In this document: positions 1 to 9,997 of the stretch, in pieces
Layout of the letters: the number at the start of each line of letters is the position of its first letter
Numbering within the stretch: the stretch's first letter is position 1
NCBI GenBank assembly: GCA_044892505.1
Contig: CM097883.1
Location: forward strand, 351,912,001-351,976,000
Source: Schmidtea nova
Taxonomy: Eukaryota
Reading direction: 5' to 3'
Length of the DNA stretch: 64,000 nucleotides
Program-made: the position numbers and the translations under genes
The notes under the pieces: generated by a model
What the model was told of the DNA's origin: nothing
Seen by the model: the letters and a program-made list of their open reading frames with translations, nothing else
Databases searched by the model: none

Positions 1-273
1 TAATAGTCAAATGTTAAAACTGCACAATAATTACAAATATTTATACAATGATGGTAAGAGACTTAAATTCTCTAGACGTTGATACATATTTTTGTTATTA
101 CTAGTAAATATACTAAAGATATTTACAGATCAAACTTTTAAAAATAAAAAGATATTTGGTGAATATTACATTTTAATCTAATAGCAATAATTTATACTCT
201 TTTGAAATAAGCAAAAATATTTCTGAAAAATGATATTTATATCAATGTATTTACAAATAAAAAATATAAAAAC

Positions 274-291
274 ATTATTATTATTATTATT
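274..291 (+). repeat. (ATT)n microsatellite present in every unit, n=5, 6 or 7 (first copy shown, n=6)
   Basis: Read directly: n=6 at 274-291, n=5 at 1336-1350, n=7 at 40578-40598. It accounts for the 1059/1062/1065 period classes. Confidence 0.95.
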
Positions 292-450
292 TATATTTAT
301 ATTTTCTTTTATTGTCTTATCATTATTATCGCAATTTAAAGTTTAATATGTTGAAAAATATATAATTCCGGATTTAAGATTTCCTTATATAAATATTTAT
401 TTTTAAATTGTTCTAATATAAATAATTATTTATCATAAAACTATACCCTA

Positions 451-747
451 ATGTGTGAAAAAAAGCCAAGTAACCTCTACAAAAGTTCGACAATCATTGA
501 AGCACAAAGAAAAGCTCTTGAAATATTGAATTCTAAATCAACTTCTAAAGAAATAGTATTCAGAGATTCAGAAGGCCAATCTACAAGCCTTGATGCTTAT
601 ATATTGGAAGCATCTGCAACAACCGGACAAACCAGTGAAGCGTATAGAGAGAATATGTTTTTGTTCTTCACTATATTTTCAGATACGCAAAGAAGAATGG
701 AAAAACCTAATGAAAATATATTAAAACTATCAAATGACAATAACTAA
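451..747 (+). CDS. Hypothetical 98-aa ORF, copy 1 (L26, M69)
   Basis: ORF track; GC-richer than the spacer with first-position G bias; no family recognised; true 3' end uncertain. Confidence 0.45.
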   Translation: MCEKKPSNLYKSSTIIEAQRKALEILNSKSTSKEIVFRDSEGQSTSLDAYILEASATTGQTSEAYRENMFLFFTIFSDTQRRMEKPNENILKLSNDNN

Positions 748-990
748 GATGACATTTTCCATCTTCACAAACAACAAAAGATAACCATCCGTCACTAGAC
801 AACACGACAGACTGATTCCGATGCAAAATGAGAATAAAATGCAAAGATTTTCACAAATTCTAATGAAGAGTAAAATCCTCAAAATGTCAAATACTGTACT
901 TCTGACTTAATGTATGTCAAAACATGGCTTGCTCGAGTAGAGTCTGGAGCTTTAGATGGCAGATGGAGATACAAAGCTAAAAGATTTTAA
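451..990 (+). other. Candidate extended coding region of 179 codons, read through TAA745, TAG796, TGA829, TAA835 and TAA871 (recoded gene or pseudogene); present in every unit
   Basis: Elevated GC and first-position G bias continue in the same frame to 987. No indels were seen in 748-990, and non-triplet indels begin right after 990. The evidence is compositional only, with no homology support. Confidence 0.35.
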
Positions 991-1002
991 AGTAAAAAAA
1001 TA

Positions 1003-1049
1003 AAAGTCTTAGAAAAATTTCAAGAAATTTTGAATTTCCTAAAGACTTT
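1003..1049 (+). terminator. Imperfect inverted repeat (hairpin) with an upstream A-tract and downstream T-rich tract; terminator or 3'-processing-like, present in every unit
   Basis: AAAGTC-TTAG-AAAAATTTCAA / GAAATT loop / TTGAATTTC-CTAA-AGACTTT, starting 13 nt after TAA988-990. The inverted repeat is seen directly; its function is inferred. Confidence 0.4.
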
Positions 1050-1509
1050 CTTTAATTTTATATAATAGTCAAATGTTAAAACTGCACAATAATTACAAAT
1101 ATTTATACAATGATGGTAAGAGACTTAAATTCTCTAGACGTTGATACATATTTTTGTTATTACTAGTAAATATACTAAAGATATTTACAGATCAAACTTT
1201 TAAAAATAAAAAGATATTTGGTGAATATTACATTTTAATCTAATAGCAATAATTTATACTCTTTTGAAATAAGCAAAAATATTTCTGAAAAATGATATTT
1301 ATATCAATGTATTTACAAATAAAAAATATAAAACCATTATTATTATTATTTATATTTATATTTTCTTTTATTGTCTTATCTTTATTATCGCAATTTAAAG
1401 TTTAATATGTTGAAAAATATATAATTCCGGATTTAAGATTTCCTTATATAAATATTTATTTTTAAATTGTTCTAATATAAATAATTATTTATCATAAAAC
1501 TATACCCTA

Positions 1510-1806
1510 ATGTGTGAAAAAAAGCCAAGTAACCTCTACAAAAGTTCGACAATCATTGAAGCACAAAGAAAAGCTCTTGAAATATTGAATTCTAAATCAA
1601 CTTCTAAAGAAATAGTATTCAGAGATTCAGAAGGCCAATCTACAAGCCTTGATGCTTATATATTGGAAGCATCTGCAACAACCGGACAAACCACTGAAGC
1701 GTATAGAGAGAATATATTTTTGTTCTTCACTATATTTTCAGATACGCAAAGAAGAATGGAAAAACCTAATGAAAATATATTAAAACTATCAAATGACAAT
1801 AACTAA
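1510..1806 (+). CDS. Hypothetical 98-aa ORF, copy 2 (L26, I69, S62T)
   Basis: ORF track; repeat copy. Confidence 0.45.
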   Translation: MCEKKPSNLYKSSTIIEAQRKALEILNSKSTSKEIVFRDSEGQSTSLDAYILEASATTGQTTEAYRENIFLFFTIFSDTQRRMEKPNENILKLSNDNN

Positions 1807-2572
1807 GATGACATTTTCCATCTTCACAAACAACAAAAGATAACCATCCGTCACTAGACAACACGACAGACTGATTCCGATGCAAAATGAGAATAAAATG
1901 CAAAGATTTTCACAAATTCTAATGAAGAGTAAAATCCTCAAAATGTCAAATACTGTACTTCTGACTTAATGTATGTCAAAACATGGCTTGCTCGAGTAAA
2001 GTCTGGTACTTTAGATGGCAGATGGACATACAAAGCTAAAAGATTTTAAAGTAAAAAAATATAAAGTCTTAGAAAAATTTCAAGAAATTTTGAATTTCCT
2101 AAAGACTTTCTTTAATTTTATATAATAGTCAAATGTTAAAACTGCACAATAATTACAAATATTTATACAATGATGGTAAGAGACTTAAATTCTCTAGACG
2201 TTGATACATATTTTTGTTATTACTAGTAAATATACTAAAGATATTTACAGATCAAACTTTTAAAAATAAAAAGATATTTGGTGAATATTACATTTTAATC
2301 TAATAGCAATAATTTATACTCTTTTGAAATAAGCAAAAATATTTCTGAAAAATGATATTTATATCAATGTATTTACAAATAAAAAATATAAAAACATTAT
2401 TATTATTATTATTTATATTTATATTTTCTTTTATTGTCTTATCATTATTATCGCAATTTAAAGTTTAATATGTTGAAAAATATATAATTCCGGATTTAAG
2501 ATTTCCTTATATAAATATTTATTTTTAAATTGTTCTAATATAAATAATTATTTATCATAAAACTATACCCTA

Positions 2573-2869
2573 ATGTGTGAAAAAAAGCCAAGTAACCTCT
2601 ACAAAAGTTCGACAATCATTGAAGCACAAAGAAAAGCTCTTGAAATATTTAATTCTAAATCAACTTCTAAAGAAATAGTATTCAGAGATTCAGAAGGCCA
2701 ATCTACAAGCCTTGATGCTTATATATTGGAAGCATCTGCAACAACCGGACAAACCAGTGAAGCGTATAGAGAGAATATGTTTTTGTTCTTCACTATATTT
2801 TCAGATACGCAAAGAAGAATGGAAAAACCTAATGAAAATATATTAAAACTATCAAATGACAATAACTAA
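2573..2869 (+). CDS. Hypothetical 98-aa ORF, copy 3 (F26, M69)
   Basis: ORF track; repeat copy. Confidence 0.45.
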   Translation: MCEKKPSNLYKSSTIIEAQRKALEIFNSKSTSKEIVFRDSEGQSTSLDAYILEASATTGQTSEAYRENMFLFFTIFSDTQRRMEKPNENILKLSNDNN

Positions 2870-3631
2870 GATGACATTTTCCATCTTCACAAACAACAAA
2901 AGATAACCATCCGTCACTAGACAACACGACAGACTGATTCCGATGCAAAATGAGAATAAAATGCAAAGATTTTCACAAATTCTAATGAAGAGTAAAATCC
3001 TCAAAATGTCAAATACTGTACTTCTGACTTAATGTATGTCAAAACATGGCTTGCTCGAGTAGAGTCTGGAGCTTTAGATGGCAGATGGACATACAAAGCT
3101 AAAAGATTTTAAAGTAAAAAAATAAAAGTCTTAGAAAAATTTCAAGAAATTTTGAATTTCCTAAAGACTTTCTTTAATTTTATATAATAGTCAAATGTTA
3201 AAACTGCACAATAATTACAAATATTTATACAATGATGGTAAGAGACTTAAATTCTCTAGACGTTGATACATATTTTTGTTATTACTAGTAAATATACTAA
3301 AGATATTTACAGATCAAACTTTTAAAAATAAAAAGATATTTGGTGAATATTACATTTTAATCTAATAGCAATAATTTATACTCTTTTGAAATAAGCAAAA
3401 ATATTTCTGAAAAATGATATTTATATCAATGTATTTACAAATAAAAAATATAAAAACATTATTATTATTATTTATATTTATATTTTCTTTTATTGTCTTA
3501 TCTTTATTATCGCAATTTAAAGTTTAATATGTTGAAAAATATATAATTCCGGATTTAAGATTTCCTTATATAAATATTTATTTTTAAATTGTTCTAATAT
3601 AAATAATTATTTATCATAAAACTATACCCTA

Positions 3632-3928
3632 ATGTGTGAAAAAAAGCCAAGTAACCTCTACAAAAGTTCGACAATCATTGAAGCACAAAGAAAAGCTCTT
3701 GAAATATTGAATTCTAAATCAACTTCTAAAGAAATAGTATTCAGAGATTCAGAAGGCCAATCTACAAGCCTTGATGCTTATATATTGGAAGCATCTGCAA
3801 CAACCGGACAAACCAGTGAAGCGTATAGAGAGAATATATTTTTGTTCTTCACTATATTTTCAGATACGCAAAGAAGAATGGAAAAACCTAATGAAAATAT
3901 ATTAAAACTATCAAATGACAATAACTAA
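3632..3928 (+). CDS. Hypothetical 98-aa ORF, copy 4 (L26, I69)
   Basis: ORF track; repeat copy. Confidence 0.45.
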   Translation: MCEKKPSNLYKSSTIIEAQRKALEILNSKSTSKEIVFRDSEGQSTSLDAYILEASATTGQTSEAYRENIFLFFTIFSDTQRRMEKPNENILKLSNDNN

Positions 3929-4690
3929 GATGACATTTTCCATCTTCACAAACAACAAAAGATAACCATCCGTCACTAGACAACACGACAGACTGATTCC
4001 GATGCAAAATGAGAATAAAATGCAAAGATTTTCACAAATTCTAATGAAGAGTAAAATCCTCAAAATGTCAAATACTGTACTTCTGACTTAATGTATGTCA
4101 AAACATGGCTTGCTCGAGTAGAGTCTGGAGCTTTAGATGGCAGATGGACATACAAAGCTAAAAGATTTTAAAGTAAAAAAATAAAAGTCTTAGAAAAATT
4201 TCAAGAAATTTTGAATTTCCTAAAGACTTTCTTTAATTTTATATAATAGTCAAATGTTAAAACTGCACAATAATTACAAATATTTATACAATGATGGTAA
4301 GAGACTTAAATTCTCTAGACGTTGATACATATTTTTGTTATTACTAGTAAATATACTAAAGATATTTACAGATCAAACTTTTAAAAATAAAAAGATATTT
4401 GGTGAATATTACATTTTAATCTAATAGCAATAATTTATACTCTTTTGAAATAAGCAAAAATATTTCTGAAAAATGATATTTATATCAATGTATTTACAAA
4501 TAAAAAATATAAAAACATTATTATTATTATTTATATTTATATTTTCTTTTATTGTCTTATCTTTATTATCGCAATTTAAAGTTTAATATGTTGAAAAATA
4601 TATAATTCCGGATTTAAGATTTCCTTATATAAATATTTATTTTTAAATTGTTCTAATATAAATAATTATTTATCATAAAACTATACCCTA

Positions 4691-4966
4691 ATGTGTGAAA
4701 AAAAGCCAAGTAACCTCTACAAAAGTTCGACAATCATTGAAGCACAAAGAAAAGCTCTTGAAATATTGAATTCTAAATCAACTTCTAAAGAAATAGTATT
4801 CAGAGATTCAGAAGGCCAATCTACAAGCCTTGATGCTTATATATATTGGAAGCATCTGCAACAACCGGACAAACCAGTGAAGCGTATAGAGAGAATATGT
4901 TTTTGTTCTTCACTATATTTTCAGATACGCAAAGAAGAATGGAAAAACCTAATGAAAATATATTAA
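4691..4966 (+). pseudogene. Frameshifted copy 5 (2-nt AT insertion, 91 aa with altered C-terminus)
   Basis: Extra AT in the TATATA run at ~4838-4846; translation switches to ...AYIYWKHLQQ... Confidence 0.55.
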
Positions 4967-5754
4967 AACTATCAAATGACAATAACTAAGATGACATTTT
5001 CCATCTTCACAAACAACAAAAGATAACCATCCGTCACTAGACAACACGACAGACTGATTCCGATGCAAAATGAGAATAAAATGCAAAGATTTTCACAAAT
5101 TCTAATGAAGAGTAAAATCCTCAAAATGTCAAATACTGTACTTCTGACTTAATGTATGTCAAAACATGGCTTGCTCGAGTAGAGTCTGGAGCTTTAGATG
5201 GCAGATGGACATACAAAGCTAAAAGATTTTAAAGTAAAAAAATAAAAGTCTTAGAAAAATTTCAAGAAATTTTGAATTTCCTAAAGACTTTCTTTAATTT
5301 TATATAATAGTCAAATGTTAAAACTGCACAATAATTACAAATATTTATACAATGATGGTAAGAGACTTAAATTCTCTAGACGTTGATACATATTTTTGTT
5401 ATTACTAGTAAATATACTAAAGATATTTACAGATCAAACTTTTAAAAATAAAAAGATATTTGGTGAATATTACATTTTAATCTAATAGCAATAATTTATA
5501 CTCTTTTGAAATAAGCAAAAATATTTCTGAAAAATGATATTTATATCAATGTATTTACAAATAAAAAATATAAAAACATTATTATTATTATTATTTATAT
5601 TTATATTTTCTTTTATTGTCTTATCATTATTATCGCAATTTAAAGTTTAATATGTTGAAAAATATATAATTCCGGATTTAAGATTTCCTTATATAAATAT
5701 TTATTTTTAAATTGTTCTAATATAAATAATTATTTATCATAAAACTATACCCTA

Positions 5755-6051
5755 ATGTGTGAAAAAAAGCCAAGTAACCTCTACAAAAGTTCGACAATCA
5801 TTGAAGCACAAAGAAAAGCTCTTGAAATATTTAATTCTAAATCAACTTCTAAAGAAATAGTATTCAGAGATTCAGAAGGCCAATCTACAAGCCTTGATGC
5901 TTATATATTGGAAGCATCTGCAACAACCGGACAAACCAGTGAAGCGTATAGAGAGAATATGTTTTTGTTCTTCACTATATTTTCAGATACGCAAAGAAGA
6001 ATGGAAAAACCTAATGAAAATATATTAAAACTATCAAATGACAATAACTAA
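5755..6051 (+). CDS. Hypothetical 98-aa ORF, copy 6 (F26, M69)
   Basis: ORF track; repeat copy. Confidence 0.45.
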   Translation: MCEKKPSNLYKSSTIIEAQRKALEIFNSKSTSKEIVFRDSEGQSTSLDAYILEASATTGQTSEAYRENMFLFFTIFSDTQRRMEKPNENILKLSNDNN

Positions 6052-6816
6052 GATGACATTTTCCATCTTCACAAACAACAAAAGATAACCATCCGTCACT
6101 AGACAACACGACAGACTGATTCCGATGCAAAATGAGAATAAAATGCAAAGATTTTCACAAATTCTAATGAAGAGTAAAATCCTCAAAATGTCAAATACTG
6201 TACTTCTGACTTAATGTATGTCAAAACATGGCTTGCTCGAGTAGAGTCTGGAGCTTTAGATGGCAGATGGACATACAAAGCTAAAAGATTTTAAAGTAAA
6301 AAAATAAAAGTCTTAGAAAAATTTCAAGAAATTTTGAATTTCCTAAAGACTTTCTTTAATTTTATATAATAGTCAAATGTTAAAACTGCACAATAATTAC
6401 AAATATTTATACAATGATGGTAAGAGACTTAAATTCTCTAGACGTTGATACATATTTTTGTTATTACTAGTAAATATACTAAAGATATTTACAGATCAAA
6501 CTTTTAAAAATAAAAAGATATTTGGTGAATATTACATTTTAATCTAATAGCAATAATTTATACTCTTTTGAAATAAGCAAAAATATTTCTGAAAAATGAT
6601 ATTTATATCAATGTATTTACAAATAAAAAATATAAAAACATTATTATTATTATTATTTATATTTATATTTTCTTTTATTGTCTTATCATTATTATCGCAA
6701 TTTAAAGTTTAATATGTTGAAAAATATATAATTCCGGATTTAAGATTTCCTTATATAAATATTTATTTTTAAATTGTTCTAATATAAATAATTATTTATC
6801 ATAAAACTATACCCTA

Positions 6817-7113
6817 ATGTGTGAAAAAAAGCCAAGTAACCTCTACAAAAGTTCGACAATCATTGAAGCACAAAGAAAAGCTCTTGAAATATTTAATTCT
6901 AAATCAACTTCTAAAGAAATAGTATTCAGAGATTCAGAAGGCCAATCTACAAGCCTTGATGCTTATATATTGGAAGCATCTGCAACAACCGGACAAACCA
7001 GTGAAGCGTATAGAGAGAATATGTTTTTGTTCTTCACTATATTTTCAGATACGCAAAGAAGAATGGAAAAACCTAATGAAAATATATTAAAACTATCAAA
7101 TGACAATAACTAA
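6817..7113 (+). CDS. Hypothetical 98-aa ORF, copy 7 (F26, M69)
   Basis: ORF track; repeat copy. Confidence 0.45.
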   Translation: MCEKKPSNLYKSSTIIEAQRKALEIFNSKSTSKEIVFRDSEGQSTSLDAYILEASATTGQTSEAYRENMFLFFTIFSDTQRRMEKPNENILKLSNDNN

Positions 7114-7875
7114 GATGACATTTTCCATCTTCACAAACAACAAAAGATAACCATCCGTCACTAGACAACACGACAGACTGATTCCGATGCAAAATGAGAA
7201 TAAAATGCAAAGATTTTCACAAATTCTAATGAAGAGTAAAATCCTCAAAATGTCAAATACTGTACTTCTGACTTAATGTATGTCAAAACATGGCTTGCTC
7301 GAGTAGAGTCTGGAGCTTTAGATGGCAGATGGACATACAAAGCTAAAAGATTTTAAAGTAAAAAAATAAAAGTCTTAGAAAAATTTCAAGAAATTTTGAA
7401 TTTCCTAAAGACTTTCTTTAATTTTATATAATAGTCAAATGTTAAAACTGCACAATAATTACAAATATTTATACAATGATGGTAAGAGACTTAAATTCTC
7501 TAGACGTTGATACATATTTTTGTTATTACTAGTAAATATACTAAAGATATTTACAGATCAAACTTTTAAAAATAAAAAGATATTTGGTGAATATTACATT
7601 TTAATCTAATAGCAATAATTTATACTCTTTTGAAATAAGCAAAAATATTTCTGAAAAATGATATTTATATCAATGTATTTACAAATAAAAAATATAAAAA
7701 CATTATTATTATTATTTATATTTATATTTTCTTTTATTGTCTTATCTTTATTATCGCAATTTAAAGTTTAATATGTTGAAAAATATATAATTCCGGATTT
7801 AAGATTTCCTTATATAAATATTTATTTTTAAATTGTTCTAATATAAATAATTATTTATCATAAAACTATACCCTA

Positions 7876-8172
7876 ATGTGTGAAAAAAAGCCAAGTAACC
7901 TCTACAAAAGTTCGACAATCATTGAAGCACAAAGAAAAGCTCTTGAAATATTGAATTCTAAATCAACTTCTAAAGAAATAGTATTCAGAGATTCAGAAGG
8001 CCAATCTACAAGCCTTGATGCTTATATATTGGAAGCATCTGCAACAACCGGACAAACCAGTGAAGCGTATAGAGAGAATATATTTTTGTTCTTCACTATA
8101 TTTTCAGATACGCAAAGAAGAATGGAAAAACCTAATGAAAATATATTAAAACTATCAAATGACAATAACTAA
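7876..8172 (+). CDS. Hypothetical 98-aa ORF, copy 8 (L26, I69)
   Basis: ORF track; repeat copy. Confidence 0.45.
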   Translation: MCEKKPSNLYKSSTIIEAQRKALEILNSKSTSKEIVFRDSEGQSTSLDAYILEASATTGQTSEAYRENIFLFFTIFSDTQRRMEKPNENILKLSNDNN

Positions 8173-8938
8173 GATGACATTTTCCATCTTCACAAACAAC
8201 AAAAGATAACCATCCGTCACTAGACAACACGACAGACTGATTCCGATGCAAAATGAGAATAAAATGCAAAGATTTTCACAAATTCTAATGAAGAGTAAAA
8301 TCCTCAAAATGTCAAATACTGTACTTCTGACTTAATGTATGTCAAAACATGGCTTGCTCGAGTAAAGTCTGGTACTTTAGATGGCAGATGGACATACAAA
8401 GCTAAAAGATTTTAAAGTAAAAAAATATAAAGTCTTAGAAAAATTTCAAGAAATTTTGAATTTCCTAAAGACTTTCTTTAATTTTATATAATAGTCAAAT
8501 GTTAAAACTGCACAATAATTACAAATATTTATACAATGATGGTAAGAGACTTAAATTCTCTAGACGTTGATACATATTTTTGTTATTACTAGTAAATATA
8601 CTAAAGATATTTACAGATCAAACTTTTAAAAATAAAAAGATATTTGGTGAATATTACATTTTAATCTAATAGCAATAATTTATACTCTTTTGAAATAAGC
8701 AAAAATATTTCTGAAAAATGATATTTATATCAATGTATTTACAAATAAAAAATATAAAAACATTATTATTATTATTATTTATATTTATATATTCTTTTAT
8801 TGTCTTATCATTATTATCGCAATTTAAAGTTTAATATGTTGAAAAATATATAATTCCGGATTTAAGATTTCCTTATATAAATATTTATTTTTAAATTGTT
8901 CTAATATAAATAATTATTTATCATAAAACTATACCCTA

Positions 8939-9235
8939 ATGTGTGAAAAAAAGCCAAGTAACCTCTACAAAAGTTCGACAATCATTGAAGCACAAAGAAA
9001 AGCTCTTGAAATATTTAATTCTAAATCAACTTCTAAAGAAATAGTATTCAGAGATTCAGAAGGCCAATCTACAAGCCTTGATGCTTATATATTGGAAGCA
9101 TCTGCAACAACCGGACAAACCAGTGAAGCGTATAGAGAGAATATGTTTTTGTTCTTCACTATATTTTCAGATACGCAAAGAAGAATGGAAAAACCTAATG
9201 AAAATATATTAAAACTATCAAATGACAATAACTAA
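8939..9235 (+). CDS. Hypothetical 98-aa ORF, copy 9 (F26, M69)
   Basis: ORF track; repeat copy. Confidence 0.45.
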   Translation: MCEKKPSNLYKSSTIIEAQRKALEIFNSKSTSKEIVFRDSEGQSTSLDAYILEASATTGQTSEAYRENMFLFFTIFSDTQRRMEKPNENILKLSNDNN

Positions 9236-9997
9236 GATGACATTTTCCATCTTCACAAACAACAAAAGATAACCATCCGTCACTAGACAACACGACAGAC
9301 TGATTCCGATGCAAAATGAGAATAAAATGCAAAGATTTTCACAAATTCTAATGAAGAGTAAAATCCTCAAAATGTCAAATACTGTACTTCTGACTTAATG
9401 TATGTCAAAACATGGCTTGCTCGAGTAGAGTCTGGAGCTTTAGATGGCAGATGGACATACAAAGCTAAAAGATTTTAAAGTAAAAAAATAAAAGTCTTAG
9501 AAAAATTTCAAGAAATTTTGAATTTCCTAAAGACTTTCTTTAATTTTATATAATAGTCAAATGTTAAAACTGCACAATAATTACAAATATTTATACAATG
9601 ATGGTAAGAGACTTAAATTCTCTAGACGTTGATACATATTTTTGTTATTACTAGTAAATATACTAAAGATATTTACAGATCAAACTTTTAAAAATAAAAA
9701 GATATTTGGTGAATATTACATTTTAATCTAATAGCAATAATTTATACTCTTTTGAAATAAGCAAAAATATTTCTGAAAAATGATATTTATATCAATGTAT
9801 TTACAAATAAAAAATATAAAAACATTATTATTATTATTTATATTTATATTTTCTTTTATTGTCTTATCTTTATTATCGCAATTTAAAGTTTAATATGTTG
9901 AAAAATATATAATTCCGGATTTAAGATTTCCTTATATAAATATTTATTTTTAAATTGTTCTAATATAAATAATTATTTATCATAAAACTATACCCTA

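Noticed and set aside
11-82. 23-codon ORF MLKLHNNYKYLYNDGKRLKFSRR in the spacer
   Set aside because: It is too short, has no recognisable motif, and is within chance expectation.
351-366. TTGAAA and TATAAT as a sigma70 promoter
   Set aside because: The spacing is 4 nt instead of ~17, there is no Shine-Dalgarno before the ATG, and such hexamers are expected in AT-rich DNA.
446-451. CCCTAA telomere-like hexamer
   Set aside because: It is a single non-tandem occurrence per unit and is mutated in 11 copies.
466-480. AACCTC resembling the core of the Tetrahymena chromosome breakage sequence
   Set aside because: The upstream AAACC part of the 15-bp consensus is missing.
485-490. GTTCGA resembling a tRNA T-loop or Pol III B-box (as in Entamoeba-type tRNA arrays)
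   Set aside because: The flanks do not form a T-stem or cloverleaf, and the motif lies inside the ORF.
453-764. Long, nearly stop-free frame on the minus strand opposite the ORF
   Set aside because: It is the codon-aligned antisense shadow commonly seen opposite real coding frames, and it contains TAA/TAG in the standard code.
745-990. Fungal RIP as the source of the in-frame stops
   Set aside because: CpA dinucleotides remain abundant (many CAA and ACA), and copies are not peppered with independent C>T changes as RIP would cause.
749-990. Chain of standard-code mini-ORFs (749-784, 821-910, 910-990) with a TAATG stop-start overlap at 908-912
   Set aside because: They are only 11-29 codons long, and TAATG is common at this base composition. 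There is no independent support for coupled translation.
1-1062. rRNA, 5S, snRNA, spliced-leader or histone repeat unit
   Set aside because: I found no match to the conserved motifs I know for these, including the nematode SL1, trypanosomatid and dinoflagellate leaders. An Infernal/Rfam scan would be the definitive test.
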